DNA of 64,000 nucleotides, from the NCBI GenBank assembly GCA_050951925.1, contig JBMNJZ010000001.1:220207-284206 (forward strand), read 5' to 3'. Below, in pieces: positions 30,511 through 40,851 of this stretch (positions within the stretch are counted from its first letter, which is position 1; each line of letters starts with the position of its first letter). A program made the translations under genes and the position numbers. The notes under the pieces were generated by a model. The model ran no database searches. It saw only the letters and a program-made list of their open reading frames with translations, and was not told the origin of the DNA. Source of the DNA: Saccharofermentanales bacterium. GTDB taxonomy: Bacteria > Bacillota > Clostridia > Saccharofermentanales > DTU023.

Positions 30511-31200
30511 CTAGTCCGCCTGATCTAAAAGCTCAAACTGATAGCCGCGGCCTCTGACCGTAGAGATATCCCAGCCGGGATGTCCGACATCAAGCTTGGC
30601 CCGCAGCCGTTTAATATGTGAGTCAACTGTCCTGGCATCGCCGTAGTAATCATACCCCCAGAGCTGATCCAACAGTATCTCGCGGGTATAAACCCGGGAG
30701 GGGTTGGAGGCCATAAGAAAGAGCAATTCCGCTTCTTTCACGGTCAGATTAATTTTCTGACCGTTGATAAAGGCCCGGTTTTGATCCGCTTCGATCACAA
30801 GATCAGAGATTTCCAGGCGTTTCTGTTCACCCTGGCCCTCGACCCGGCGCAAAATCGCTCTCACTCTGGCCATAACTTCCGCCGGGGAGAATGGCTTGAC
30901 AATATAGTCATCAGCGCCGATATCGAGTCCCAGTATACGCTCGAAATCATCCCCGCGGGCAGTAACCATGATGATGGGCACGGAAGATTCCCTGCGGATG
31001 GTACGGCAGACTTCAAAGCCGTCCATTTTCGGCATCATGACATCAAGCAATATTAAGTCAATCTCCCGATCGGCAAAAATCTTAAGTGCCATCTCGCCAT
31101 CTGAGGCGATATGAGGTATATAGCCTTCATGGCGGACATAGTCAGCCAGTATGCGCGTAATTTCCTGATTGTCGTCCGCGATCAGGATGTTCTTCTTCAT
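30511..31200 (-). CDS. OmpR-family response regulator
   Basis: MKKNILIADD after an AGGAGG RBS; LDVMMP, KPF and RTVDSHIKRLR. Confidence 0.95.
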   Translation of the reverse strand: MKKNILIADDNQEITRILADYVRHEGYIPHIASDGEMALKIFADREIDLILLDVMMPKMDGFEVCRTIRRESSVPIIMVTARGDDFERILGLDIGADDYIVKPFSPAEVMARVRAILRRVEGQGEQKRLEISDLVIEADQNRAFINGQKINLTVKEAELLFLMASNPSRVYTREILLDQLWGYDYYGDARTVDSHIKRLRAKLDVGHPGWDISTVRGRGYQFELLDQAD

Positions 31201-31348
31201 CGTTAGGAGCCTCCTGTATAAGCTGCCGGGAAACAAATCCCGGCCATAACATCAAATCTAAGACATTATTAGCACAGCAATATGTCTTTTTCGTGTTTGG
31301 CGCGGGCGTCTTCGTTTCATGATCGGAAAGTAATAATGTATGCCATAT

Positions 31349-31956
31349 TTAATATATCTCCTTTACTATATCTTTAAGGGCGGCAATGCCCTGTTCAATT
31401 TCCGCTTCAGTATTGAAATAAGAAAAAGAAAAGCGAACTATGCCCTGGTCAACCGTGGCGAAATGTTGGTGCAGCCTGGGAGCGCAGTGGCTGCCGGCTC
31501 TGGTAGCTATCCGGTACTGTTGCCAGAGTCTGGTTGCAATCTCCGTCGAGGAAACACCCTGTAGATTAAGAGCCACCAGGGGTAGTCTGTCAGCAACTCT
31601 CCCATCTCATTGCATTCAATAAAGCTCAGACGACAGTCTCTGAGATAGAGCGGACGCAAGACGGAATTGTGCTCCGCCACTGAGGTTATCACATGATCTT
31701 GGGCTTCAATCAGGGATTGGATAACGAGATTAAGACTTTCGGTGGCGGAAGCAGTGAATGCCACCCCCAGCGGATCGGACAGGCCGATCAGTTGCGCTAT
31801 CAGCTCGCGGGTGCGGTAAATCGCCCGGTTCGCCAGCAGCATAGGCTCGTGAAACGACCTGCCCGCATTGCCAAAAGATTCGATACCGTATTTGACAGCT
31901 GCAGACACCTCGGGCGGCTTCAGCAGTGTAGTGGCGCTGTTATCAAAATAAATCAT
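31349..31956 (-). pseudogene. class-V aminotransferase / cysteine desulfurase family gene with internal deletion and frameshift
   Basis: The N-part MIYFDNSATT...AEHNSVLRPL joins out of frame near 31585-31592 to the C-part RLPLVALN...RAGSHCAP...VRFSFSYFN. The central PLP-lysine region is missing. Confidence 0.85.
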
Positions 31957-32254
31957 GCTCTGTCCTGTTTTTTGAGCCGGCCTGTTTGTCCGGCTGTCAA
32001 ACACAGAATAACATAAACCAAATCCTTTTCGGCATCGCCTCCGATGCCCGGCCGCCTTTATCTTAGCCAACTGTTACAATCTGCTTGCTTTTTTGCCTTA
32101 ATACTGATAAACTTGTTCCAGGTTTTTAGGGATGATTATATATAGTTATATTATGATTATTCCCTATATTTTATCGACAGGAGTATTCCCCTGTCATTAT
32201 AATTTCATTGTGCATTGGGAAAATAATGCATATATGAGAGGAGGAAATTGCAAA

Positions 32255-33502
32255 ATGAAAAGAAAATGGTTCCTATTGCTCGCCCTGATCCTGGCCTTCA
32301 GTGTCCTGGCTATGGGTTGCGCAAAGAAAGACGAACCGGCCAAAACCGAAGCTCCGGCAGCTGATAAAACTGAGGCTCCGGCTGGAGAAGAAACCGACGC
32401 TCCGGATGTTGAGGAGCCAGACGAGCCCGATGAGCCCGAAGAGCCCGCAGCCGAAGGTCGTGAACTCAAATTAGGTGTTCTGGTGCCTACAACTGGCCCT
32501 GAAGCCTATTACGGCAAAGACATGCTCAACTCTTATCAGATGGCTGTCGATGAGATCAATGAGGCCGGCGGCTTCATGGGTGGTTACACTTTTGTTCTGG
32601 CACAGGAAGATGATGCTTGCGACGCCGCTCAGGCAGCTACGGCAGCTTCTAAGATCCTGTCCGGCGACCCCGACTTTATCGTCGGCGGCTATTGCTCCGG
32701 AGCAACCATCCCGGCTTTGCAGCAGTTCTTTGATGCTGACAAGGTCATGCTGATCTCCGCTGCAAACTCGACCAATATCACCGACCTGAATCTGAACCAG
32801 AGCTTCATGATCAACAGCCCGGGCACTCACGGCGCTCAGACGCTGCTAGACCTGGCCAAGCATCTTGAGGTCACAAAGCTCGCCACGATCCACCAGGGCG
32901 ATGACTATACCAAGAATCTCTCTGATATCGTTGAGCGCGAAGCACCCGGCCAAGGCTTTGAGGTTGTCACAGTACAGGTTATGGAGAAGCAAGCACCTGA
33001 CGTATCAGCTATCGTCACAGCTATCCGCAACGCCGGTGCCGAACTGGTCTACTGGTGCGGTTACCACGCAGACGGCTCCAACGTCATCAAGCAGCTCCGT
33101 CAGGGCGGCTATGAAGGCTTTATCGTCTGCGGTGACGGCTCATCTTCCGTCGACCTGATCACCGGCAGCGGCCCGGCAGGAGAAGGTGTCTATGTCACCT
33201 CCCCGCCCTATGTCGAACTGGCCGAAGGCGGTGAAGAATATGTCGCCAAGTACGAGGCGAAATACGGTATGCCTCCAGGCGGATACTCCACACTCTGCTA
33301 CGACACAATCTATCTGCTGAAAGCCGCAATCGAAGAAGCCGGCACAATTGAGTTCGAGGCAGTCCGCGATACTCTGCAGAATATCGAGTACAAGGGCATG
33401 TCCGGCTTGATCAAGTTCGCAGATAACCGTGAGCTGGCACAGTCCAACTTCATGATCGTACAGATCCAGGATGGCAAATTCGTTCGTATCGATCTGCCCT
33501 AA
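32255..33502 (+). CDS. livK: branched-chain amino acid ABC transporter substrate-binding lipoprotein (LivK/LivJ-like)
   Basis: GGAGG RBS, lipobox LAMGC, acidic linker, EDDACDA and VGGYCSG. Confidence 0.9.
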   Translation: MKRKWFLLLALILAFSVLAMGCAKKDEPAKTEAPAADKTEAPAGEETDAPDVEEPDEPDEPEEPAAEGRELKLGVLVPTTGPEAYYGKDMLNSYQMAVDEINEAGGFMGGYTFVLAQEDDACDAAQAATAASKILSGDPDFIVGGYCSGATIPALQQFFDADKVMLISAANSTNITDLNLNQSFMINSPGTHGAQTLLDLAKHLEVTKLATIHQGDDYTKNLSDIVEREAPGQGFEVVTVQVMEKQAPDVSAIVTAIRNAGAELVYWCGYHADGSNVIKQLRQGGYEGFIVCGDGSSSVDLITGSGPAGEGVYVTSPPYVELAEGGEEYVAKYEAKYGMPPGGYSTLCYDTIYLLKAAIEEAGTIEFEAVRDTLQNIEYKGMSGLIKFADNRELAQSNFMIVQIQDGKFVRIDLP

Positions 33503-33516
33503 TGGTAATTCTTAAT

Positions 33517-33551
33517 GAATGGGCGCACTCGCGCCCATTCGCTTTTTTTTT
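33517..33551 (+). terminator. intercistronic terminator or stabilising hairpin after the binding-protein gene
   Basis: GAATGGGCGC-ACTC-GCGCCCATTC followed by a T run. Confidence 0.8.
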
Positions 33552-33579
33552 ATGCATATGATTAGGTGGTGATAATCGA

Positions 33580-34494
33580 ATGTTATCTACAGGTGAGGTA
33601 ATTATTCAGCAACTTATGAATGGTCTGATCACGGGCTCTTTCTATGCCCTGATCTCTCTAGGCTATTCAATGGTTTACGGTATTATTAAACTTTTGAACT
33701 TTGCTCATGGTGATATCTACATGACCGGTGCTTTCATCGGCTTCGCCGTCTTCGGCGCACTTGCCGGAGCTCTGGGTACCGGCTGGCTCAGTATCATTCT
33801 GGCCATGTTGGCAGCCATGTTTTTATGCGGCGCACTGGGTTTCCTCATCCAGCGCATAGCCTACCGGCCTTTGCTGGATGCACCGCGCATGTCGCTATTA
33901 ATTACAGCCATTGGTATGTCACTGGTTCTCTACAACACCGTGATGGTAATCACCAATGGTGAATTCATGTTCTTTATCCATGGGGTCAATCCGACTGCAG
34001 GCATTACTTTCGGTAATATTACTATCACATGGATCCAGTTAGTCCTGCTCGGCATTACGGCATCTCTTATGATCGCATTGACCTGGTTCATTTCCACTAC
34101 GATCTGGGGCAAGGCAATGCGCGCCATTTCCTTGGATAAGCCTACCTGTCGTCTGATGGGCATCAATGTCAATAAGATCATCGGCCTGACCTTCTTCATC
34201 GGTTCTGCTCTGGCAGCGGTGGCTGGCGTCATGCACTGTGTCTACTATGGCAATATCCAATATTTTATGGGCTATATCATGGGCATGAAAGCCTTTACGG
34301 CGGCCGTCATCGGCGGTATCGGATCCCTTCCGGGCGCCATGCTCGGCGGTATACTCCTGGGATTGCTGGAGGCTGCCGGTACACAAGTATTTGGTTCTTC
34401 CTGGAAAGACGTTTTTGCTTTTGTCTTGTTGATTCTGATGCTGATCTTCAAACCGACCGGCCTCTTGGGCAAGACTGAAGTAGAGAGGATGTAG
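33580..34494 (+). CDS. livH: branched-chain amino acid ABC permease LivH
   Basis: LNFAHGD, GKAMRA and KAFTAAVIGGIGS motifs. Confidence 0.95.
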   Translation: MLSTGEVIIQQLMNGLITGSFYALISLGYSMVYGIIKLLNFAHGDIYMTGAFIGFAVFGALAGALGTGWLSIILAMLAAMFLCGALGFLIQRIAYRPLLDAPRMSLLITAIGMSLVLYNTVMVITNGEFMFFIHGVNPTAGITFGNITITWIQLVLLGITASLMIALTWFISTTIWGKAMRAISLDKPTCRLMGINVNKIIGLTFFIGSALAAVAGVMHCVYYGNIQYFMGYIMGMKAFTAAVIGGIGSLPGAMLGGILLGLLEAAGTQVFGSSWKDVFAFVLLILMLIFKPTGLLGKTEVERM

Positions 34495-34496
34495 CC

Positions 34497-35564
34497 ATGG
34501 AAAATAAAACAAATGATTTGAATGTTGAAGAAGTCGTTGTCAATGAGTCAACCAATCCGTGCGCGCCAACCCCGACAACAGGGCATCGCAGCGGTTTCCT
34601 GGGCGTTATTGACAAAATGGCTGATGCTTTCTACAGCTTTACGGACCCGATCGCGGTCAGGATTGTAATCTTCGGTGTTCTGGCGGCTTTTGTTCTGACT
34701 GTACCGCTCTGGGCTAACAACTATATTCTGCAAATCGCCTGGAATGCTATGTTCTATATGCTGCTGGCGCTCGGCTGTAATATAATTGTCGGCTTTACCG
34801 GCCTGATTGACCTCGGCTATGCGGCAAAATTTGCCGTCGGTGCCTATACCTCGGCAATTCTGGTCAAGAACTTTGGCTGGAGCTTCTGGCTAACACTGCC
34901 CGTGGTTGTTGTGACCGGTTTTATTGCCGCCGTTATCATCGGCGGACCGACACTGCGTTTGCGCAGTGACTATCTGGCCATTGTTACGCTGGGCTTCGGT
35001 GAAATCGTCAGAATTGTCGCCCGCAACCTGGAGTTTACGGGTTCCGCTTCCGGTATTTCCGGTATCCCCCGTCCCTACCTTTTTGGCGTTAGGCTGACCA
35101 AGATCTGGATGTGGTACTATCTGTTTATCGTCCTTGTGGTAATATTCGTGGTAATATCCAATCGTATCAAAGACTCCCGCTTCGGACGCGCTCTGGCCTA
35201 TGTGCGTGAGGACCAGGATGCCGCTGAAGCTATGGGTGTCAATGTCGTTAACTACAAACTGTGGGCCTTCATTGTGGGCACGATACTAGGAGCCTTGGCA
35301 GGCGCCTTCTATGCTATGGAGATGGCCGCCATTTCTCCCAACAGCTTCCAGTTCCAACAATCCACCAATATCCTACTCTCCGTAGTTCTCGGTGGCATGG
35401 GTAAAGTACCTGGCGTTATGGCCGGCGCAGCTTTCTTTACGATTTTCCCGGAGATCTTCCGTGATATCGGTGAATACAGAATGCTGATCTTCGGCGTGGC
35501 TCTTATCATCGCGATGATCTTCCGTCCGCAGGGATTGTGGCCGGATAAGCGTCGCCGCCGGTAG
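34497..35564 (+). CDS. livM: branched-chain amino acid ABC permease LivM
   Basis: DLGYAA, LRLRSDYLAIVTLGFGEI and RPQGL motifs. Confidence 0.95.
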   Translation: MENKTNDLNVEEVVVNESTNPCAPTPTTGHRSGFLGVIDKMADAFYSFTDPIAVRIVIFGVLAAFVLTVPLWANNYILQIAWNAMFYMLLALGCNIIVGFTGLIDLGYAAKFAVGAYTSAILVKNFGWSFWLTLPVVVVTGFIAAVIIGGPTLRLRSDYLAIVTLGFGEIVRIVARNLEFTGSASGISGIPRPYLFGVRLTKIWMWYYLFIVLVVIFVVISNRIKDSRFGRALAYVREDQDAAEAMGVNVVNYKLWAFIVGTILGALAGAFYAMEMAAISPNSFQFQQSTNILLSVVLGGMGKVPGVMAGAAFFTIFPEIFRDIGEYRMLIFGVALIIAMIFRPQGLWPDKRRRR

Positions 35565-35594
35565 AGCTGTGAGAACGAAAGGAGAAGATATCAA

Positions 35595-36374
35595 ATGGCA
35601 TTAATGGAAGTTACAGATTTAACCATGATCTTCGGCGGTATTGTCGCTGTTGATTCATTGACTTTCGATATTGAGGAAGGCTCCATCACGGCATTGATCG
35701 GACCGAACGGCGCCGGTAAGACTTCAGCCTTTAACTGTCTGACAGGTTTCTACAAGGCGACCAGAGGGGAAATCCTTTTTGAGGGCAAATCATTGCTGAA
35801 TATGCGCCCCTATCTCATTACATACAGAAAGATCATCCGCACATTCCAGAACGTCCGTCTATTCAAAAATCTGACGGTTATGGATAATGTCTTGAGCGGC
35901 TGCCACAGACTAGGCAAAAAATTCGTCGGCAGTGCGATGCTCCGTACTCCCTCCGAGCGCAAAGAGGAGGCGAGGTTAAGAAAAATTGCTGAAGAAGCCA
36001 TGGATTTCATCGGCATTCTGGACCTGAAAGATGAAATTGCCAAGAATCTATCCTATGGTAACCAGCGCCGGGTTGAGTGGGCACGCGCCCTCGCCAGTCA
36101 GCCGAAATTGCTGCTGCTGGACGAGCCGGCAGCCGGACTGAACCGGGAAGAAAAGAACGATCTGATTCGTCTCATCCGTCGTTTCCGCGACGAGCTGGGA
36201 ATCACGGTCTTCCTGATCGAGCACGATATGAGTCTGGTCATGGAAGTTGCGGAACGAATTGTCGTTATCAACTTCGGCACTAAGATTGCCGAGGGAACGC
36301 CGGCAGAGGTACAGGCCAATCCGTTGGTTATTGAAGCATACCTCGGAAAAGAAGATGAAGAGGAGGCAGTCTAA
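35595..36374 (+). CDS. livG: branched-chain amino acid ABC ATPase LivG
   Basis: GPNGAGKT, RTFQN, LSYGNQR and LDEPAAG motifs. Confidence 0.95.
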   Translation: MALMEVTDLTMIFGGIVAVDSLTFDIEEGSITALIGPNGAGKTSAFNCLTGFYKATRGEILFEGKSLLNMRPYLITYRKIIRTFQNVRLFKNLTVMDNVLSGCHRLGKKFVGSAMLRTPSERKEEARLRKIAEEAMDFIGILDLKDEIAKNLSYGNQRRVEWARALASQPKLLLLDEPAAGLNREEKNDLIRLIRRFRDELGITVFLIEHDMSLVMEVAERIVVINFGTKIAEGTPAEVQANPLVIEAYLGKEDEEEAV

Positions 36375-37105
36375 TGAGCGAATCAAATGAAGTCGTACTT
36401 AAGGTAGAAAATGTTGACACATACTACGGCAATATTCGCGCCTTGCACAACATCAGTTTCCATGTATGTGACAAGCAGATCGTCACTCTGCTCGGCAGTA
36501 ATGGTGCCGGCAAATCGACTACACTAAAAACGATCTCCAATATAGAGCCTTGTCGGACCGGTAAGATCACTTTCTTCGGTGAGGATATTACCAAGTTGCC
36601 TGCACATAGTGTTGTTGAGCGCGGGCTGATCCATATCCCGGAAGGTCGCCGTATCTTCAGAGACCTGACAGTGACCGAGAACCTGGAGCTGGGTGCTTTC
36701 ACACTCAAGGATGACAGGAAACGCAAATCTCTGATCGCTGATGTCTTTGACCGTTTCCCGCGTCTCGGCGAGCGCTATAAACAGCTGGGCGGTACTCTTT
36801 CCGGCGGTGAACAGCAGATGCTGGCAGTCGGCCGCGGCCTGATGGCACAGCCCAAGCTCCTGATGATGGATGAACCGTCGATGGGCCTGGCGCCGTTGCT
36901 TGTGGCAGAGGTAGCCGATATTATCCGCGTTCTTAATAATGAGGGCATCCCGATTCTGCTGGTCGAACAGAACTCTAAAATGGCTCTGGGCCTGGCGGAT
37001 TACGGTTATGTTCTCGATACCGGTGAAATCGTGCTCGAAAACACCGGCGAAAATCTGAAGAAGGATGATAAAGTTATTAAAGCTTATATGGGTGGCGGTG
37101 AGTAA
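36374..37105 (+). CDS. livF: branched-chain amino acid ABC ATPase LivF
   Basis: GSNGAGKST, PEGRRIF and LSGGEQQML motifs. Confidence 0.95.
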   Translation: MSESNEVVLKVENVDTYYGNIRALHNISFHVCDKQIVTLLGSNGAGKSTTLKTISNIEPCRTGKITFFGEDITKLPAHSVVERGLIHIPEGRRIFRDLTVTENLELGAFTLKDDRKRKSLIADVFDRFPRLGERYKQLGGTLSGGEQQMLAVGRGLMAQPKLLMMDEPSMGLAPLLVAEVADIIRVLNNEGIPILLVEQNSKMALGLADYGYVLDTGEIVLENTGENLKKDDKVIKAYMGGGE

Positions 37106-37171
37106 TTACCCCTCCTTCGCAAAATACAAATATTTTGTGGATACATTCTGACTCAGACAAAGCAAACTGTT

Positions 37172-37206
37172 AAAAACCCTCCGCTCATAATCGGCGGAGG
37201 GTTTTT
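37172..37206. terminator. bidirectional rho-independent terminator
   Basis: AAAAACCCTCCGC...GCGGAGGGTTTTT between convergent genes. Confidence 0.85.
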
Positions 37207-37236
37207 ATTGTCTGAACCAGAATCAAGCTTATCTGT

Positions 37237-39078
37237 CTAACTTAGGCTGATGCGTTTTCCGCTCACCTCTCTCAATAATACATTCTGTCGCTGCAGCTCC
37301 TGATGGATACGCCTAAGTTCATCATTGCGCTTGATCTTCAAAGTAGTCGTGAGTACAGGATCGCTTTCATCCCAGATAAAGTATTTGACTTTTTTATACT
37401 CGGTCATATGTTGATTTATTCGATGAATTTCAAGTGCGAGCCAGTTGCTGATGGCGGAATCATCTGTACCGATGCCTTCCGGCAAAGCTTCCGGATCGAC
37501 CTGGAAACGGGCAGCCAGATCAATCGCTCCGCGCTCGGTCGGTTCGCCCCAGATCATAATATTTTTCACACCGGGCAGCTCTGAAAAGAACATTTCCAGC
37601 TCTTCCGGAAAGACATTTTTACCGTTGGCCAGCACGATCATCGACTTGGCTCTGCCGGTGATATGCAGACAGTCATTATGATCGAAATAGCCGACATCTC
37701 CGGTTCTGAACCAGCCGTCTTCCGTCATGACCTCTCCGGTAGCTTCCTCATTCTCATAGTAGCCGAGCATGACATTATCCCCTCGGGCCAAAATCTCACC
37801 GGCTGTTTCTTTGCTATCGGCGGGTCCGTCAGAGTCGATCGCCAAAGTAACATCACACATCGGACGCCCGACACTGCCCATTACATTCATTGTCGGCGTA
37901 CAGGCTGATAGAATGGGTGAAGTTTCCGTCAGGCCGTAACCGGAGAGGCAGACAATGCCAATATCCTCAAAGAACTTCTGATGTTCCGCCGCCAGGGCAG
38001 CAGCCCCACTGACAACCATGGACAATTCTCCGCCTAAGGCAGCATGGATGTCTTTAAAGACTTTGCGCCGGATATCGATACCCAGCTTGCCCAGAAAACT
38101 TGTTAGTTTCAGCCCCAGGCGGAGCTTCCCTGCCTTGCCCTGGTTTTCAATATTCTTCATAATCTGCCGGTACAAGGTGCTGACCATCAGAGGAACTGTC
38201 AAGATAATATTAATATTCCAGCCTTTGAGATTCCGGGCCAGTGTCCGCAGATTCTCATTAATGCAGATGCTGATGCCTGTGGCCCAAAAGCAATACATGC
38301 CAACTGTATTTTCAAAAGTATGATGCAGGGGCAAAACTGACAAGGCGCGCCAGCCGACTTGCAAAGGAATGGTTCGGACCCCTTGTTTAACATTGCTGAC
38401 CAGATTATGCTGACTGAGCATAACACCCTTGGACAGGGCTGTGGTGCCGGAAGTGAAATAGATAGCTGTCATAGCTTGATTATCAATCGGCAGTGATCTG
38501 AATTCCTGCTTTTTCTCTGTCAGATGGCGGCCGGAGGCAAGCAGATAATCAAAGCTCCGTAAATGGTCGATTCTGTCAGATACTTCATCAAATTTATCCG
38601 GTCTGTCCAGCAGAATATAGGTGTGGATTTGCGGATTTTCTTTTGCAACCAGATATGCGGTATCGCGCTGGGCATAATCGAAAGCAAAGACCGTGACCTT
38701 GCCTCTCCGGCACAATCTGCTGACCTCATGATCCGCCAGCTGTTTGTCCAGAGGAACACCAATCCCCAGGCCAAACAAGGTCGCATTATGTACTACTACC
38801 CAAGGATAAGAATTGGCGCCGATGACAGCAATATGCTCTTTGGGCTGTTGATCCAATTTGATCTTGCCTGCGCTGAGCATAGCAGCGGCAAAGGAATTGA
38901 TGTCGTCTCTCAAATGTTCGTAATCTTTGGTAACAGTCTTTTCCCCATCGGCTTCCTTTTCATGAAAGATATAGGCCGGGACACCCGGATACTTCTGAAT
39001 AGAAACATCGAGCATCTCGCGCAAATTGGTAAAAGGTGTTGCAAATTCAAGTTGGGGCAATCCTTTAACTATTCTCAT
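37237..39078 (-). CDS. long-chain fatty acid-CoA ligase (AMP-binding family)
   Basis: FTSGTT..SKGV, GYGLTE, GWFRTGD and GKNVFPEE motifs. Confidence 0.9.
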   Translation of the reverse strand: MRIVKGLPQLEFATPFTNLREMLDVSIQKYPGVPAYIFHEKEADGEKTVTKDYEHLRDDINSFAAAMLSAGKIKLDQQPKEHIAVIGANSYPWVVVHNATLFGLGIGVPLDKQLADHEVSRLCRRGKVTVFAFDYAQRDTAYLVAKENPQIHTYILLDRPDKFDEVSDRIDHLRSFDYLLASGRHLTEKKQEFRSLPIDNQAMTAIYFTSGTTALSKGVMLSQHNLVSNVKQGVRTIPLQVGWRALSVLPLHHTFENTVGMYCFWATGISICINENLRTLARNLKGWNINIILTVPLMVSTLYRQIMKNIENQGKAGKLRLGLKLTSFLGKLGIDIRRKVFKDIHAALGGELSMVVSGAAALAAEHQKFFEDIGIVCLSGYGLTETSPILSACTPTMNVMGSVGRPMCDVTLAIDSDGPADSKETAGEILARGDNVMLGYYENEEATGEVMTEDGWFRTGDVGYFDHNDCLHITGRAKSMIVLANGKNVFPEELEMFFSELPGVKNIMIWGEPTERGAIDLAARFQVDPEALPEGIGTDDSAISNWLALEIHRINQHMTEYKKVKYFIWDESDPVLTTTLKIKRNDELRRIHQELQRQNVLLREVSGKRISLS

Positions 39079-39106
39079 TTTAAACTCACTTTCTGCAATA
39101 AGTAAT

Positions 39107-39697
39107 CTATTCTGTCACAGAGGAAATGGCTTCATTAGCTTGTAAAGTGCCCATAATTCCCTGTTCAGCGATAAACATCTCCGCCACCAGCTTAAAGGCC
39201 AGTGATTCGCAGACAAAAGCCAGATTCAACTTGCGCAATGGTACTTTTAAACCATCGAATATCAACAATTTGTCCTCCGGCAGAGGTTCAGGCAAGAACG
39301 AGGTCACACGTCTTAAAGAATCCTCAATCTGCGCGCAAAAACTGTCATAGGCCTGTTCGATACTCATTAATCTGGTCTGCAGATTGATGCCCGTATGGAC
39401 AATCTGGATCGGGATAATCTCTTTAAAAATACTCAGCACTATGAAGTAGGCGAAATGAATCCGCCCGTATTTTCTGTTGACAGGTCTCGGTGCCAAACCC
39501 CACTTGATATAGTTTTGAACCATAGTGCCGGTGATAATCGCTCTCTCAGGGAAGAGAGGAACTAAAGCCTGCCCGATATAGTCCAGCATCGGCTGCCGCA
39601 GCATTTCTTCCGACGGCAATTCACTCCAGCGCGGCAAATGAAAATCCCTCAGGACTCTCCCTCTGATTGAGAATATATGATCTTCTTGCAGCTTCAT
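39107..39697 (-). CDS. DUF1836 family protein (putative DNA-binding regulator)
   Basis: HLPRWSELP...ITGTMVQNYIKWG..P.P..RKY...H family signature. Confidence 0.85.
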   Translation of the reverse strand: MKLQEDHIFSIRGRVLRDFHLPRWSELPSEEMLRQPMLDYIGQALVPLFPERAIITGTMVQNYIKWGLAPRPVNRKYGRIHFAYFIVLSIFKEIIPIQIVHTGINLQTRLMSIEQAYDSFCAQIEDSLRRVTSFLPEPLPEDKLLIFDGLKVPLRKLNLAFVCESLAFKLVAEMFIAEQGIMGTLQANEAISSVTE

Positions 39698-39733
39698 TTC
39701 TCTTCCCCTGTACCAATCTAATTCCTATATCCA

Positions 39734-39760
39734 CGTTGGCAGTTATAATAACTGCCAACG
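39734..39760. promoter_or_regulatory. 27-bp palindrome, candidate operator
   Basis: CGTTGGCAGTTAT-A-ATAACTGCCAACG with perfect 13-bp arms, 36 bp upstream of the DUF1836 start. Confidence 0.7.
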
Positions 39761-39917
39761 AATTTAACCGAAATCAACAAGCCTGTCAAGCCTTTTGCGA
39801 AAAGTTCATAAAACGGATATAAAGCGCGGCTGCAAAAGACCTGCTCCGCGGCGGAGTCTTAAAGGCACAAATTATTACTTCTTTGCCGCAGCGGGAAATC
39901 CATGTTATCTTAGTGGC

Positions 39918-40721
39918 ATGGAAAAGAATGGTGTATTGAAAATCGGTTTTATCGGCGTCGGTACGATGGCTTCGGCGATTGTACGTAGCCTGTTTAAATT
40001 CGGAACGCGTGCAATGCGGATCTATCTGTCGCCGCGCGGCCGGGAGAATGTACGGCAACTGGCGCAGGAAGCGGATTATGTGCAAGTAATGGACAGCAAT
40101 CAGGAAGTACTGGATCTGGCTGACTGGATCGTGTTGGCAGTCACACCGCAGATTGCGCCAAAAGTGTTGGCGGATCTGAAATTCAGATCTGATCATCATC
40201 TAATCAGCCTTATCTCTCCCATATCGCTGGAAAACACCAAGGCCATGCTGCCGGACTGGCTGCCGGTCAATAAGGTGATTCCCCTGCCTTTCATTCAATA
40301 TGGCAAGGGTCCGATCCTGCTCTATCCTGATCATCCAAGTGTAGCGGATATTTTCGGCGAGCTCGGCAAACTGGTGATTGTTGAGAATGAATACCAGCTT
40401 GATGTTCTGATTACAGTAACGGCTCTGGTTAGCCCTTTCCTGCGTTTGCTCTCAGAAACGATCAGCTGGAGTTCCGAACATGATTTGGGCCTGACAAAGG
40501 CCGCCGACTATACGCTGGCTTTCTTTGACGCCCTGGTAGATATGGCAAGGCGAGCCGGGATTGATGAAGTGCTCGGACTCTGGCGGGAAATGACACCCGG
40601 CGGCCTGAACCAGAGGGCAACCAGCTATCTGGAAGAGCGGGATGGCTTCAGCATATGGCCTGAAGCTCTGGACACAGTATTAAAATTCTTCACGCAGGAC
40701 GGATTAGAATCCGACAGCTAA
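39918..40721 (+). CDS. pyrroline-5-carboxylate reductase-like NAD(P)-binding oxidoreductase
   Basis: KIGFIGVGTMA Rossmann motif, LAVTPQ and TPGGLN. The start codon is uncertain. Confidence 0.75.
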   Translation: MEKNGVLKIGFIGVGTMASAIVRSLFKFGTRAMRIYLSPRGRENVRQLAQEADYVQVMDSNQEVLDLADWIVLAVTPQIAPKVLADLKFRSDHHLISLISPISLENTKAMLPDWLPVNKVIPLPFIQYGKGPILLYPDHPSVADIFGELGKLVIVENEYQLDVLITVTALVSPFLRLLSETISWSSEHDLGLTKAADYTLAFFDALVDMARRAGIDEVLGLWREMTPGGLNQRATSYLEERDGFSIWPEALDTVLKFFTQDGLESDS

Positions 40722-40774
40722 AGAATCCGGATACCCGGCAGTTCGCTGCCCGCTAAATGTCCCGGAAATCATCT

Positions 40775-40803
40775 TTGACAAAGGGCCTAAGGGCAGATAG
40801 AAT
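40775..40803 (+). promoter_or_regulatory. sigma-A promoter of tRNA-Ser(GCT)
   Basis: TTGACA-17 bp-TAGAAT. Confidence 0.8.
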
Positions 40804-40851
40804 AAGCAAGCCAGCCCTTGCTGGCCAAAGGAATAATATAGACATAACTGC

